IMG/VR virus record: IMGVR_UViG_3300018429_000002
Coordinates: 7,578 to 71,577 of that record
Source of the DNA: a virus
Direction: 5' to 3' (one strand)
Length of the DNA stretch: 64,000 nt
In this document: positions 49,343-59,587 of the stretch, in pieces
How the letters are laid out: each line of letters begins with the position of its first letter
Numbering within the stretch: position 1 is the stretch's first letter
Position numbers and translations under genes: made by a program
Notes under the pieces: model-generated
The model's input: only the letters and a program-made list of their open reading frames with translations
Databases searched by the model: none
Told to the model about the DNA's origin: nothing

Positions 49343-50215
49343 ATGAGCGTGAAAATTATGTCTCTAGTTTGGGAACATGCGCCGTATTCGGAGGGCTCGC
49401 TTTTAGTTCTCCTGGCACTGGCTGACTGGGCTGACGATAACGGCATCGCTTGGCCGAGCGTGCCTGCGTTAGCCAAGAAAGCCCGTCTCAAACCTAGGCG
49501 CACTCAGTATGTAATTCGGAAGCTCCAATCCGACGGGTTTGTAGACATTGAAGACGGTGGCGGGCGCAACAAACAGCACCGATATTCCCTCAATCTGGAT
49601 AAATTAAAGGGCGCAATAAATGCACCCTATATCGAAAAACCTTCGGAAATAAACAGCGCAATAAATGCACCGTTTACGGGAAAGGGTGCACTCAGCGACA
49701 TAAAAAGGGTGCATTTTGGAGCACAAAGGGTGCACTCAGCGACACAAACCCTGCACTCCAGTGCACCCGATCCATTAGAAGATCCATTAGAAGATCCACC
49801 AATAGAACCGTCAGAGCCAGTCCTTCCTTTTTCCAGCAAGGAATTCACCCAGGCGATTGGGGACTTTTTGCAGAACCGCAAGGAGAACAAAGTCAAACCC
49901 TACACACGGACAGGGCTACGGACTTTGTACCGCAACCTAGGCGAATGGGGGGAATCTGCAGCTATCGAGGCGCTAGAGGATTCCGTTCGCGGAAACTGGA
50001 AGGGAGTCTTCCGCCCCAAGGCCGCAGAGTCCCGCCAACGCGCTGCTGACAATCACAAGCCCGAGGTTGAGCTTGATCCGTTTGGCGAGCCATTCATCCG
50101 AAAACCTTTCACAGCCGAGGACGCGATTTTCTATTGCCCCGACAAGGATCCTGACGACATCCGGGCGCACTTCGCCGGTCAGTTGGAATGGACGGAGGTG
50201 AGATCATCCCGTTAG
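49343..50215 (+). CDS. replication initiator (N-terminal winged HTH)
   Basis: MSVKIMSLVW, LVLLALADWADD.G.AWPSV..LA.KA, C-terminal SV.GNWKGVF. Confidence 0.85.
   Translation: MSVKIMSLVWEHAPYSEGSLLVLLALADWADDNGIAWPSVPALAKKARLKPRRTQYVIRKLQSDGFVDIEDGGGRNKQHRYSLNLDKLKGAINAPYIEKPSEINSAINAPFTGKGALSDIKRVHFGAQRVHSATQTLHSSAPDPLEDPLEDPPIEPSEPVLPFSSKEFTQAIGDFLQNRKENKVKPYTRTGLRTLYRNLGEWGESAAIEALEDSVRGNWKGVFRPKAAESRQRAADNHKPEVELDPFGEPFIRKPFTAEDAIFYCPDKDPDDIRAHFAGQLEWTEVRSSR
49608..49800. repeat. iteron cluster, probable origin of replication inside the initiator gene
   Basis: GCGCAATAAATGCACC x2, AAAGGGTGCA x3 (two extend to AAAGGGTGCACTCAGCGACA), GATCCATTAGAA x2. Confidence 0.75.
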
Positions 50216-51972
50216 CACCCGAACAAGAAGCCCTGCGACAGAGTAAGTCTGATCTGGTTTCAGCCTTGGGCGTGAGCCTTCGCGGAACTGCTTGCAAGTG
50301 TCCGTTCCATGACGACTCGCACGCATCGGCAAGCGTCCACTACGACAAAGACGGATGCTGGCGTTTCCATTGCTTTGTCTGTCAATGGAAGGGCGACGTG
50401 TTCGACGTGCGGGCACGAATGGAGGGGCGAACCGTGGGAGATGTTTTGAAGGACTCAAGACCAGAACCGGAAAGCAAGCCGAGGGTATTTTCCACCCTGA
50501 AAGAACTGGCCGCGACCTATCCAAACGTGGAAGAGGTTTACAAGTACAGGAACCCCGAAACGACAGTGATTGAGATGGCAGTGGTTCGCTATTACCCCGT
50601 CGTCGGAGGAAAGAAACAATTTGCTCAGTGCTCGCCTGTGCAGGGTGGGTGGGCCAAGATTCGTCCGCCAGCAAAACTTCCGCTCTATAACCGCAAACGG
50701 GTCATTGCCTCAGACACGGTGATCGTTGTTGAGGGGGAAAAGAAGGTGCACGCACTACACGACATCGGACTGACCGCCACCACTTCGCCAATGGGGGCAG
50801 GAAAAGCCAAAGAAGCTGACTGGGCAATCATGGACGGGAAGTCGATTTACCTCTGGCCGGACAACGATGCGCCGGACGCAAAGACTGGGAAAGTTTCAGG
50901 CATCGCGCACATGCAGGACGTTCAACAGATTCTCGAAAAGATGAACACGCAACTGTTCTGGATTGATCCAGCGGGTTTAGACCTCCCGGTCAAAGGCGAC
51001 GTGGTTGACTTCCTGGAGCGCAACCAGGGCGATCTTGCGGATAAGAAAATCGCCGTCGAGCTTGTTATGCAAGAAGCTCAGCCTCTCGGGGCCGCGAAGG
51101 AGTTAGAGGATCGCCTGCAGTCAATCATGTCGGGCGACTGGGTAAACATCGAATGGCCTTGGCCCATGCTCACGGCGGAAGCGCAAGCATTACTCCCAGA
51201 CACCGTGACAGCTTTTTGCGGCGACCCTGGCGCGGGTAAGAGCTTCGCGCTATTGCAGGCATGGTGGCAGTGGAACTTGATGGGCGAGAAGGCCGCGATC
51301 TTTGAACTGGAAGATGATCGCGTGTACCACTTGCAACGAGTCTTGGCCCAACTCGAACAGAACGCATTTTTGACCGACACGCAATGGGTGCAGCAAAACC
51401 CCGAACGGGCTAGGGAGTCTTTAGCGAACCAGCGAGACATTATCGACTCGCTTGGGAAAGTGATGTGGGACGCCCCGGATAAGCAGGTGAGCACGTCGGA
51501 TCTTGCCAACTGGTTTGAAGCTCGATGTCAAGAGGGTTTCAAGATTTGCATTATCGATCCGGTTACTGCCGCGACCACATCCGAGAAGCCCTGGATAGAC
51601 GATCAAAATTTCATTTTTAAAGTTAAGACCACCGCGAAGCGCTATCACGCAAGGTTGATCTACGCGATACACCCGCGAATCTCAAACGGCAAAGTTGGCG
51701 CGAGCTTGAGCAGATTGGCCGGCGGCGCTGCATATCCCCGGTTTTCTCATTCCGTGTTTTGGTTGAGCAAGTACGACAAAGAAAAGATGGGGCAAGTGTG
51801 GCGAGCGGAGACCGGAACACGTCCGGTTAGTTTCGAGCGTGGGTTGAAGATCAGCAAAGCAAGGAACGGTCGAGGAGCAGGAACCGAACTGGCATTCCAC
51901 CTGAACACGGGAACGCTTTGCTTTGACGAATACGGATCGATTTCCGTGGCCGCGGACAGGGTGGCGAAATGA
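50188..51972 (+). CDS. primase-helicase (CHC2 zinc finger, TOPRIM, DnaB/RecA-like ATPase)
   Basis: CPFHDD...FHCF.C, VVEGEK, LWPDND, GDVVDF, GDPGAGKS, IIDP, ISKARNG. Confidence 0.9.
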   Translation: MDGGEIIPLAPEQEALRQSKSDLVSALGVSLRGTACKCPFHDDSHASASVHYDKDGCWRFHCFVCQWKGDVFDVRARMEGRTVGDVLKDSRPEPESKPRVFSTLKELAATYPNVEEVYKYRNPETTVIEMAVVRYYPVVGGKKQFAQCSPVQGGWAKIRPPAKLPLYNRKRVIASDTVIVVEGEKKVHALHDIGLTATTSPMGAGKAKEADWAIMDGKSIYLWPDNDAPDAKTGKVSGIAHMQDVQQILEKMNTQLFWIDPAGLDLPVKGDVVDFLERNQGDLADKKIAVELVMQEAQPLGAAKELEDRLQSIMSGDWVNIEWPWPMLTAEAQALLPDTVTAFCGDPGAGKSFALLQAWWQWNLMGEKAAIFELEDDRVYHLQRVLAQLEQNAFLTDTQWVQQNPERARESLANQRDIIDSLGKVMWDAPDKQVSTSDLANWFEARCQEGFKICIIDPVTAATTSEKPWIDDQNFIFKVKTTAKRYHARLIYAIHPRISNGKVGASLSRLAGGAAYPRFSHSVFWLSKYDKEKMGQVWRAETGTRPVSFERGLKISKARNGRGAGTELAFHLNTGTLCFDEYGSISVAADRVAK

Positions 51973-52250
51973 ACCAACGCAGGAAAATGTTTTATCAGTC
52001 TTTGGGCCGTTGGTGGCAGATGGCCGCGATGGAGGGCTATGACTGGAAGTTACCCGACTCGGAGGAAACAATCCAGGCAGAAGAAACCTTATGGGAGAGT
52101 AAGGAACTTTATGAGCACGGCGACATAAAGCTATCAGAGGTTCGCCCAGTGTTTGAGGCATGGGTTAAGACCCATCGCAAGCTGAAAGCGTCTCAGGGCG
52201 AGATTGTGGACGCTATGCGAACCAATCGCAGACAGAAGGCGGCAGCATGA
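51969..52250 (+). CDS. hypothetical protein
   Basis: ATGA overlap; ends AAA. Confidence 0.55.
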   Translation: MNQRRKMFYQSLGRWWQMAAMEGYDWKLPDSEETIQAEETLWESKELYEHGDIKLSEVRPVFEAWVKTHRKLKASQGEIVDAMRTNRRQKAAA

Positions 52251-52454
52251 GAGCAAAACTAACCGATAAGCAAGTCTGCCCCGCTTGCAATGGAACTGGA
52301 ACCCGAATCATCAAGGGTCGGAACTATTCGTACTCACTCCCCTGCTTACGTCCAGTACAGAAGATCAGGAGTTGGTGGTTGATAAAGAACAAAACCTAGT
52401 CCACCAGCGGGGCTAGATCGTACCCGCCAAGGGCGGTGTTGGTAAGTAAATTCT

Positions 52455-53477
52455 ATGGTAGCCACGGCAGCTAAAGCAAAAACAGAACACCCGATACTTT
52501 TCAGCGGGCCAATGGTGCGCGCAATTCTGGAAGGCCGGAAGACTCAGACGCGGCGCGTCGTGAAGATTCCGCTACACGGCGAAGAGGATGCGTCATGGGT
52601 GAAATCGATCCATCAAGACGGTGGCGGTAACTGGATCGCGTGGTCTACCGACGCGCCCGCAACAGCGGAATTCACAAAGAAGGCATATCCCAATGGCGAA
52701 GGGTTTAAGTGTCCTTACGGGCAAGTCGGTGACCGTCTTTGGGTACGTGAGACTTTTGTACTCAACCGTGACGCCGACAAGAAGGGACAGCCACCATGCT
52801 TTTACCGCGCCGACTGGAACGCTGTGGGATACGAGAATAGTAGCCCATCAAAACCGTCGATCTTCATGCCGCGCAATTTCTCTCGCATCACGTTGGAAAT
52901 CACGAACGTTCGAGTTGGGCGATTGCAGGAGATAAGCCAAGCCGACGCGATTGCGGAAGGACTTGATCAGGGTTTATGCGCCCATGTGTTCAAGCAATCC
53001 GCTGGCAAGGTGGAACGGTCTAATGCCTACTGGCTTGAGCACTCAGAAACAAGCGAGGAAGAGAGCGGAGACAACGGGAATTATTGCCGAGCGTGCGCCC
53101 TAAAGCAGCAGAAGCGCAAAGGTAAAAAGTGGTTGCTTATGGGAGACGGAGGTTCTGCGATGGAATCTGACGGCCCCGCCTTCTGTGGTTGCGGAACCCC
53201 GTTGCTGCTATCGCTTACTGAGTATGGAATCGAGCGAGAACTAAGAATTGAGGACGATCCCAACGGGAAGGAGCCTGAGCATTTCCCGGTGAGCGGTATG
53301 GATGCCCGAATTGTCGAGATGATCGCGGACGGGATCGGAGATTTGCGTGATGAGCACCTCGGGCGTTTGGCGCAAATCGGATTCGCGACTGGTTGGAATT
53401 CACTGAACGCCAAGCGCGGCTACTCATGGGAATCAAATCCGTGGGTGTGGGCCATCACGTTCAAGCGGCTGGGATAG
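52455..53477 (+). CDS. ASCH/PUA-like phage protein with Cys-containing insertion
   Basis: PILFSGPMVRAILEGRKTQTRR, CPYG.VGDRLWVRET, PSIFMPR..SRITLEI, W.SNPWVW. Confidence 0.8.
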   Translation: MVATAAKAKTEHPILFSGPMVRAILEGRKTQTRRVVKIPLHGEEDASWVKSIHQDGGGNWIAWSTDAPATAEFTKKAYPNGEGFKCPYGQVGDRLWVRETFVLNRDADKKGQPPCFYRADWNAVGYENSSPSKPSIFMPRNFSRITLEITNVRVGRLQEISQADAIAEGLDQGLCAHVFKQSAGKVERSNAYWLEHSETSEEESGDNGNYCRACALKQQKRKGKKWLLMGDGGSAMESDGPAFCGCGTPLLLSLTEYGIERELRIEDDPNGKEPEHFPVSGMDARIVEMIADGIGDLRDEHLGRLAQIGFATGWNSLNAKRGYSWESNPWVWAITFKRLG

Positions 53478-53706
53478 AAACCATGAACCACTGGTCCACA
53501 CCAGGGCTACCGCCCGCGCCAGTGTCGGCAAAGACGCACGGCGATCCGAGTACGTGGACAATGTTTGAGTGGATACGTTTCAACGAGTGGGCCAAGTCGC
53601 TTGAGCGGTACGGGCCAACGAAGAAACGCATCCGCAACCGTACCAACACCGCGAAGCGGGTACGACCTAGATGATGGGCCAGACGGGCGAGCGTCTAAAT
53701 TAAATC

Positions 53707-54159
53707 ATGGAAACCTACACTGAGAGACGAGTAATAAGAGAATCAGAAGTGGAGAGCAGAAAACCACTTGTATATCTCGCGTGCCCTTATTCGCATCCAG
53801 ATCGCTCGGTGCGAGTAGCTCGCTTCCAAGCGGTGAACAAGGTAGCCGCAAGGCTTATGGGTGAAGGTCAGTTTATTTTTAGCCCAATCTCGCATACGCA
53901 CCCAATAGCAGAAGCAGGGGATCTTCCTTTGAGTTGGGAGTATTGGGCCACGTATGACCGGGCAATTCTTTCTGAGTGTCACAAACTGATCGTGTTGAAA
54001 CTGGAAGGGTGGAAAGAATCGGCGGGCATTAAAGGCGAAGTTCAGATCGCAACGGAACTGGGACTTCAGATTGAGTATTTAGATGGACAAATCTTGAGCA
54101 CGAGAACACCCCGCGATGATGATTTTCCTGAGCAAAAGACGGAGACGGAAAGCAAGTGA
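53707..54159 (+). CDS. DUF1937/nucleoside 2-deoxyribosyltransferase-like protein
   Basis: VYLACPYSH, FSPISHTH, GW.ES.GI..E...A. Confidence 0.8.
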   Translation: METYTERRVIRESEVESRKPLVYLACPYSHPDRSVRVARFQAVNKVAARLMGEGQFIFSPISHTHPIAEAGDLPLSWEYWATYDRAILSECHKLIVLKLEGWKESAGIKGEVQIATELGLQIEYLDGQILSTRTPRDDDFPEQKTETESK

Positions 54160-54347
54160 TCACAAAGAAAGCCGTAAAGATTGGGCAGACAGAATTGAAG
54201 ACTTGGAAAATCGTAAGGTGGGACACGATCTATGATCTTGAGCGGGCACTGGCTTCGGCCAAGCGAGGATACTGGGGCCAATGTGTGGAAAGAGTGGAAG
54301 TGGCCCGCACGTCCGCTTACGAATGGGCCAAGCTGGCCAAGAAGTAA

Positions 54348-54644
54348 ATGAGACAGCCACACCTACACGGAACGGTACAGTCTTACAAGCGTGGATGCCG
54401 GTGTTTCCCTTGTCGAGTTGCTATCTCAGAGTATCAACGATTTCGTTACATGGAGCGGGCAAAGGGACGAAGGAAAGATTGCCGGGGAGTATGGAAATCC
54501 AGAGCAGCGATCAAGGGGATTGGAACGCAACGGGAGATCGCGGAATTGCTGGGAGTCCATCAGTCAACGGTGTCTCGAATCCTTGCAGGTAAGAGGAAGA
54601 TCAGGCCGGAGACAGAGCGCAAGATTTTGCGGGAGGCGGCATAG
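54348..54644 (+). CDS. zinc-finger plus HTH protein
   Basis: HGT..SY..GCRC..C and TQREIAELLGVHQSTVSRIL.G. Confidence 0.75.
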   Translation: MRQPHLHGTVQSYKRGCRCFPCRVAISEYQRFRYMERAKGRRKDCRGVWKSRAAIKGIGTQREIAELLGVHQSTVSRILAGKRKIRPETERKILREAA

Positions 54645-55172
54645 ATGGGCCACAAGAAACTAAAAGAGCATTACCGAATCGGCCACACGGTCTGCGTGAC
54701 TGACAAGGGAATCTGCATTGGCTCCCCGTACATTCATGATCTGATAGTCATCAGCCCTGATGGGAAAATAATCAAAGCGGACGACGGGCACAACAAAGAC
54801 CTGAAGCGCTACACGGACGAAATGAAGGCAGACCCAGAGAAGTTGCGCGAGATAGTGGAAGCGCAGGACGTGTTCGAGGCTGACATCCCGGTCTATACCT
54901 ACGACGGCGGCGAAATCATAGAAAAACTTTGTGAGAAGCCCGGTTGGCCGAACGTCACGCACGACGGCGACATGATGTACGAAAACACTTACTCAACCGA
55001 CAAGTGCTTGGTGGTGAAGTGGGCAAAGACAAACGCAGCGCTCGGTGTCCAGCGGAAACAGGAGCGAGTAGAAGAGAGCAAAGCGGAACTCGTTAAGTTT
55101 GAGGTGCTTGTAAAAGAGTCTCAATCTGATCTCGCAAAACTGGAGGCGGACTATCCCGAACAGGTAGCGTAA
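54645..55172 (+). CDS. phage hypothetical protein
   Basis: ICIGSPYIHDLI and GWPNVTHDG motifs. Confidence 0.6.
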   Translation: MGHKKLKEHYRIGHTVCVTDKGICIGSPYIHDLIVISPDGKIIKADDGHNKDLKRYTDEMKADPEKLREIVEAQDVFEADIPVYTYDGGEIIEKLCEKPGWPNVTHDGDMMYENTYSTDKCLVVKWAKTNAALGVQRKQERVEESKAELVKFEVLVKESQSDLAKLEADYPEQVA

Positions 55173-55417
55173 TGGGCCACACATGGCGAGAGCGAGCCCG
55201 ACCAATTATTGCCGAGGTGCTTTCGGAGACTCAGGGGCAATCAGAAAGCAGTATTCGCAAAGCGTTGTGTGATGCTTTTCCGTTTGGGCCAAAGCAATAC
55301 CATCCGTACAAGATTTGGTTGGACGAGATCAAAGCACAACGAGGACTGAAGAAGACGAAGGCGGCAAAGGTTAAAGAATCGCAGCCACCAGATCCAAGAC
55401 AGCCAGAGATGTTTTAG
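55172..55417 (+). CDS. phage hypothetical protein
   Basis: PFGP..YHPYKIWLDEI motif. Confidence 0.6.
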   Translation: MGHTWRERARPIIAEVLSETQGQSESSIRKALCDAFPFGPKQYHPYKIWLDEIKAQRGLKKTKAAKVKESQPPDPRQPEMF

Positions 55418-55442
55418 CCGTTCGCGGATTGAAGAGGGAATT

Positions 55443-55688
55443 ATGAGCGCTCGATTTCAAATCGTTGACTCTGATATGGACGACCTGATCCCGCTTCACG
55501 TCGGGGCCGCAAAACTTGGTTTGGATGCGTCCACGATTCGCAAGCGGAAGGCAGGCACGGAGAAGCTAACCCTTATTCGGCAGGGTCGAAATCTCTACAT
55601 GGTGCTTGGGGAAGTGATTGCGCACCGGCAGAAAATGACAGAAGATGCGCGGCGTAAGAACAGCCCTATCCGGTTGGTGACTGAATGA
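55443..55688 (+). CDS. excisionase-like winged HTH (putative)
   Basis: AAKLGLDASTIRK; overlaps the integrase start. Confidence 0.6.
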   Translation: MSARFQIVDSDMDDLIPLHVGAAKLGLDASTIRKRKAGTEKLTLIRQGRNLYMVLGEVIAHRQKMTEDARRKNSPIRLVTE

Positions 55689-56911
55689 TTAAGAAATTCT
55701 TCTCAAATCGAAATCGCCCTGGCTGGAAGTACGACTCTCGTCTGAAGAAATACTATTCGTGGGGCTTTGAAATGTATCTGGCCTCTGGCCGGCGGAAACG
55801 TGAGACTGGGTTTCTAAATCGGGCCGATGTTGAGTCGGTTGTTGTTCGGATTCGTCAACTGGAAAAGGAGATGCGATATGGAGTCACAATGTCCGTGGAA
55901 GCGCCCACTTTGGAAGAGGTGTCCGCGAAGAAGCTCACGCTCACGGCAAGCCGCAGGGAGCAGGTGCGAGCGAAGAGAGTTCTAGCCGTGTTCCGCAGGG
56001 TTGCCCAGGTCAAACGAGTGACAGAACTGAAAACCGAGCACCTTCAAAGATTCGTAGACTTCCGTCGCAAGGAAGTACAACCGCAAAGCGTTGACCGGGA
56101 GTTGAATATTATTTCTGGGATGCTCCGTGCTGCCGTAGTTCACTTCCCTGCTTTGTCTGACTGGATCGTTCCTCGCATTCCTCGCCCTAAGCACTCAAAG
56201 CGCCGCAGAGAGCGAGTAATAAGCATTCAGGAAGTCGCCAAGGTCTTGACCTGGCTCTACGCGCCGCAGGAAGGCGAGACGGTAAGGCAATCCGCGAAGC
56301 GCCGGAATGTGGGCCATGTATTCCGAGTCGCATTACTGACGGGGGCACGCAAGGGCGAACTGTGCAAGTTACGGTGGAGTCAAGTCGATTGGGATGCGGG
56401 GGTCGTCCAGATCATTGGAACCAAGACTGAAAACAGATCCGAACAGACCTCCCGCTACATTGCTATCGATCGAATGTTGGAAGTGATTCTTAGGGAGCGG
56501 CAAGCGGTCGCGGGCGATTTTGTGTTTACGCGGGCAGGCGGAGAGGTAACGCACTATTACAAGATTCTCAAGGAAGCCTGCGAAGCCTGCGGCGTAGCCT
56601 ACGGCAAAGACGTGGCCGGGGGATTTGTGACTCACGACGCAAGGCACACGGCGGTTACAAGAATGCTTCGGGCGGGCATCGACCTGGCGACCATCGGATC
56701 CATCACCGGGCACAATGACAAGACGATGATTTTACGTTACGGCCACGCATCAACCGAGAGCCAAAAGCGAGCAATCGGAGTGCTTGAAAAGTTTGCTGGG
56801 TTTGACGCACTCGGAGACGGTTTGGAGACGGCTATAGATAGCGCGCCGATTTACTTAGGAAATCAGCAGGGTATGGTGCCGGAGGTCGGAACGAAACGCC
56901 GAAAAGCCTAA
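55685..56911 (+). CDS. int: tyrosine integrase
   Basis: LLTGARKGEL (R), TK (K), HDARH (HxxR), TGH and RY catalytic motifs. Confidence 0.93.
   Translation: MIKKFFSNRNRPGWKYDSRLKKYYSWGFEMYLASGRRKRETGFLNRADVESVVVRIRQLEKEMRYGVTMSVEAPTLEEVSAKKLTLTASRREQVRAKRVLAVFRRVAQVKRVTELKTEHLQRFVDFRRKEVQPQSVDRELNIISGMLRAAVVHFPALSDWIVPRIPRPKHSKRRRERVISIQEVAKVLTWLYAPQEGETVRQSAKRRNVGHVFRVALLTGARKGELCKLRWSQVDWDAGVVQIIGTKTENRSEQTSRYIAIDRMLEVILRERQAVAGDFVFTRAGGEVTHYYKILKEACEACGVAYGKDVAGGFVTHDARHTAVTRMLRAGIDLATIGSITGHNDKTMILRYGHASTESQKRAIGVLEKFAGFDALGDGLETAIDSAPIYLGNQQGMVPEVGTKRRKA
56874..56890 (-). other. attP core matching a tRNA 3' end (tRNA-Leu-like acceptor)
   Basis: Minus strand reads TCCGACCTCCGGCACCA (T-stem, acceptor, CCA); GGAGACGG arm-type repeats at ~56813, ~56824 and ~57009. 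Confidence 0.75.
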
Positions 56912-57331
56912 GTATTTAGGTTTGCGGCGTTTAGCTGCGTTTATAGCTCAAGTACCGGCAGAACAGTAAACGGATACTGCGGACGGCGGGGATGATAAGG
57001 ATGCAAATGGAGACGGTTCGGACTCGATTCTATGGTGTGACTTGCGGTTCAGGGCGGGCTTAGGCTCGTTGGATAGGTGTGTCAGGAGGGGAAATGGCGC
57101 GACCAGCATTTCAACGTGACGGGATTCTTAACCTGGATGAGCGCGCAACGAGCGCACGGAAGTGTATCAACCTTCTGGGCGCTGTTGATCCCTACAGAAT
57201 GGCGGGAAGGGACTGGACGTTTTTCTGTGACCAGTTAGCACATTCGAAGCGAATTGGCTACGCACCTTCTGAGCCTCAGCTTCAATGGTTACGCGACCTC
57301 GTTGAGAAGTATGTGACCTAAAAGGAAGTAT

Positions 57332-57694
57332 ATGAGCAACGCGATTCGCAAAGCTAAACGATACGCAGAGCGCCATAGGTCATTGAAGGCCCGCTTGCGG
57401 GGTATCGATAACCGCGGAATCATCGTCTACGGGGCTGGCTGCGTTTGGTGGGACGTTATCGAGAATGCCGCCCGGACGCGACCGCCTTCCTGCCCGTTCT
57501 GTGGGAGCGTGCTTTTCCAGTTCGACAGTGAGCGGGCGTTTTGGTTCGGGTCAGAGGCCTACGAACAAACACATCCCGGCTACATCGCGCTCACGAAATG
57601 GCTCAAAGGAAAATGCTTCAAGACCATGAAGGATGCCGCTGTCGCTTACGAACTGGAAACGGGAATCCATTATGAAACAGAGGCGACAGCCTGA
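57332..57694 (+). CDS. hypothetical protein with CPFC motif
   Basis: IVYG.GC.WWD, CPFCGSVL, HPGY. Confidence 0.55.
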   Translation: MSNAIRKAKRYAERHRSLKARLRGIDNRGIIVYGAGCVWWDVIENAARTRPPSCPFCGSVLFQFDSERAFWFGSEAYEQTHPGYIALTKWLKGKCFKTMKDAAVAYELETGIHYETEATA

Positions 57695-57892
57695 AGGATC
57701 TCTATGCCAGACAAGAAACCAAAGAAGCCTAAGCCGCCAAAAGGATCGGAGTTCTGGGATACGAACGCACACTCGATCTCGATTCTTAAATCTCTACTTA
57801 GAGATGCGCGGACACCAGGAGAGAAGTTTGCACTTAAACGAGTCCTGAGAATTATGAGAGCGATAGACGATGCACAGTAAGGAAGGGAATTT

Positions 57893-58369
57893 ATGAATTC
57901 TGTAAATGAGGAACAGAACTTTTCTAATGTAGCTACCAGTAAATCCGCCTCGGATGGCGTGTCGGTATCAGGCTTGTCGGGCCGCGAACTAGATGCGGCA
58001 GTTGCGGAGCGTGTGATGGGGTGGGTTTGGTGGGCCACGACCTTGCGGTTCTCTGCTGAGCGACGCAGGGCGCTATTCCAACCCGAACTAAAGAATCCAG
58101 ATTATCAACTAGCAGATGGATCGGAAGAGCCGTTTACAGGAGACAACTATTTTATATCTCATTACTCGTCCAGTATCGCCGCCGCTTTTGAGATGCAATC
58201 GCGGATTTCAGACTTAGGGCTTGCGCAAGAATTCGCGGTCGCGCTTGGGCAGATACTTCTTCGTGGCAACACTCAGCCAATCACTGCGTTTGATTACGCG
58301 AACGCAACCGCAGAGCAGAGATGTCGCGCAGCTCTCCAAGCAGTTGAAAAGGATCATGAATCAAGTTAG
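57893..58369 (+). CDS. phage ABA-sandwich-like protein (paralogue of 41311..41772)
   Basis: GRELDAAVAERVMGW, YSSSIAAAF, EQRCRAAL. Confidence 0.7.
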   Translation: MNSVNEEQNFSNVATSKSASDGVSVSGLSGRELDAAVAERVMGWVWWATTLRFSAERRRALFQPELKNPDYQLADGSEEPFTGDNYFISHYSSSIAAAFEMQSRISDLGLAQEFAVALGQILLRGNTQPITAFDYANATAEQRCRAALQAVEKDHESS

Positions 58370-58438
58370 ACGCTCGCCACTTCAGTAGTAGGGGGCTAGG
58401 TCGTACCGGGCAAGGCCCGTGTTGGGGAGGCTGTGGAT

Positions 58439-58981
58439 ATGGCGGGACGATTACCAAAATTAGAGCATGCGTTCCCGGTCACGACAGACGCCGAGGGACG
58501 AAGACTTTGCCGTTGGGATCAGGGCGTTATTCCTGCCGGGCGACGAACGTTTTGCAAGCAGAGTTGTGTTCATCAAGTTTCGATGCGGACTAGTCCTGAC
58601 TATCTTCGCAGGCTTGTTTTCAAACGAGACCGGGGATTCTGTGCTGCCTGTGGATGTGATACGGGGAAGATTCGCCGCGTTTCGGAGTTCGCGGCTACTG
58701 CTTATCGAGACCTAGGCACCGCGATTGGGCAACGAGGAAAGTATTACATGTGGGACTGGGCGGCGACGTGGGCTGTATTTGTCAAGATGGGGTTTCATCA
58801 CCGAGTAGAGGCCGCAGAGTGGGAAGCTGATCACGTCGTGGAAGTAGTGCGCGGGGGCGATTCGTGCCTAGAAAATATGCAAACACTCTGCATACCGTGC
58901 CACAAGGGAAAAACGAAACAACTTGCAGGGGATCGAGCACGGGAACGGCGCGACGAAAAGAGAAGGTTATTAGTTGCGTAA
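58439..58981 (+). CDS. HNH endonuclease
   Basis: VFKRD.G.C..CG, WEADH...V.GG...LEN.QTLC..CH..KT. Confidence 0.88.
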   Translation: MAGRLPKLEHAFPVTTDAEGRRLCRWDQGVIPAGRRTFCKQSCVHQVSMRTSPDYLRRLVFKRDRGFCAACGCDTGKIRRVSEFAATAYRDLGTAIGQRGKYYMWDWAATWAVFVKMGFHHRVEAAEWEADHVVEVVRGGDSCLENMQTLCIPCHKGKTKQLAGDRARERRDEKRRLLVA

Positions 58982-59056
58982 AAAGGAAGCGGGCCGGATC
59001 GCCGTAGACGACGCCGACCCATTGGAAGGGAACCACGAGCAACCAAAGGATAACAG

Positions 59057-59587
59057 ATGAAGGAAATTAAGAATTTAACAAACCAAAGCCAAGAACAACC
59101 TAGCGCGAGTGCTAGTAACCGCGCGTATCGCGCGCCCGCTTCGGAGCGAAAGGTGCACGTCCATACTGATCACTGTCCGCATGGCTGTGCCGAAGAGTAT
59201 CAACGTACCGATCTGGAGAAGGTGGTAACGGAAGGGAGAACGTGGGGTAGCGAGATCATCGCGGTTCACTGCATCGGCGAATATGCCTTTGTTGAATACG
59301 CGGATCGCGATTTCTCAAGCGGCCCTAACTACGGCAAGGAAACTGGCGCCCACTGCTTCAGTCAGTTTATCAACGGGCACTCGCTCTCCCATTACGCACA
59401 CTCACTCGACGGAGCATTAGTGGAGGCCATCGCCTACAAGCGCGACGGGTGCAACTCCCAAGCGGGATATCTATTCATGAAGGCCACGCGGCCACGGGAC
59501 GGAAGCGACTGCGATCCCGAAACCCGTAGGCATTACTACGTTAATCAAGAGTCCAACAGCCGCCTTGCGGCGCACGAAGGGAGATAG
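59057..59587 (+). CDS. hypothetical protein
   Basis: AAAGGA RBS; hairpin elements at both ends. Confidence 0.6.
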   Translation: MKEIKNLTNQSQEQPSASASNRAYRAPASERKVHVHTDHCPHGCAEEYQRTDLEKVVTEGRTWGSEIIAVHCIGEYAFVEYADRDFSSGPNYGKETGAHCFSQFINGHSLSHYAHSLDGALVEAIAYKRDGCNSQAGYLFMKATRPRDGSDCDPETRRHYYVNQESNSRLAAHEGR

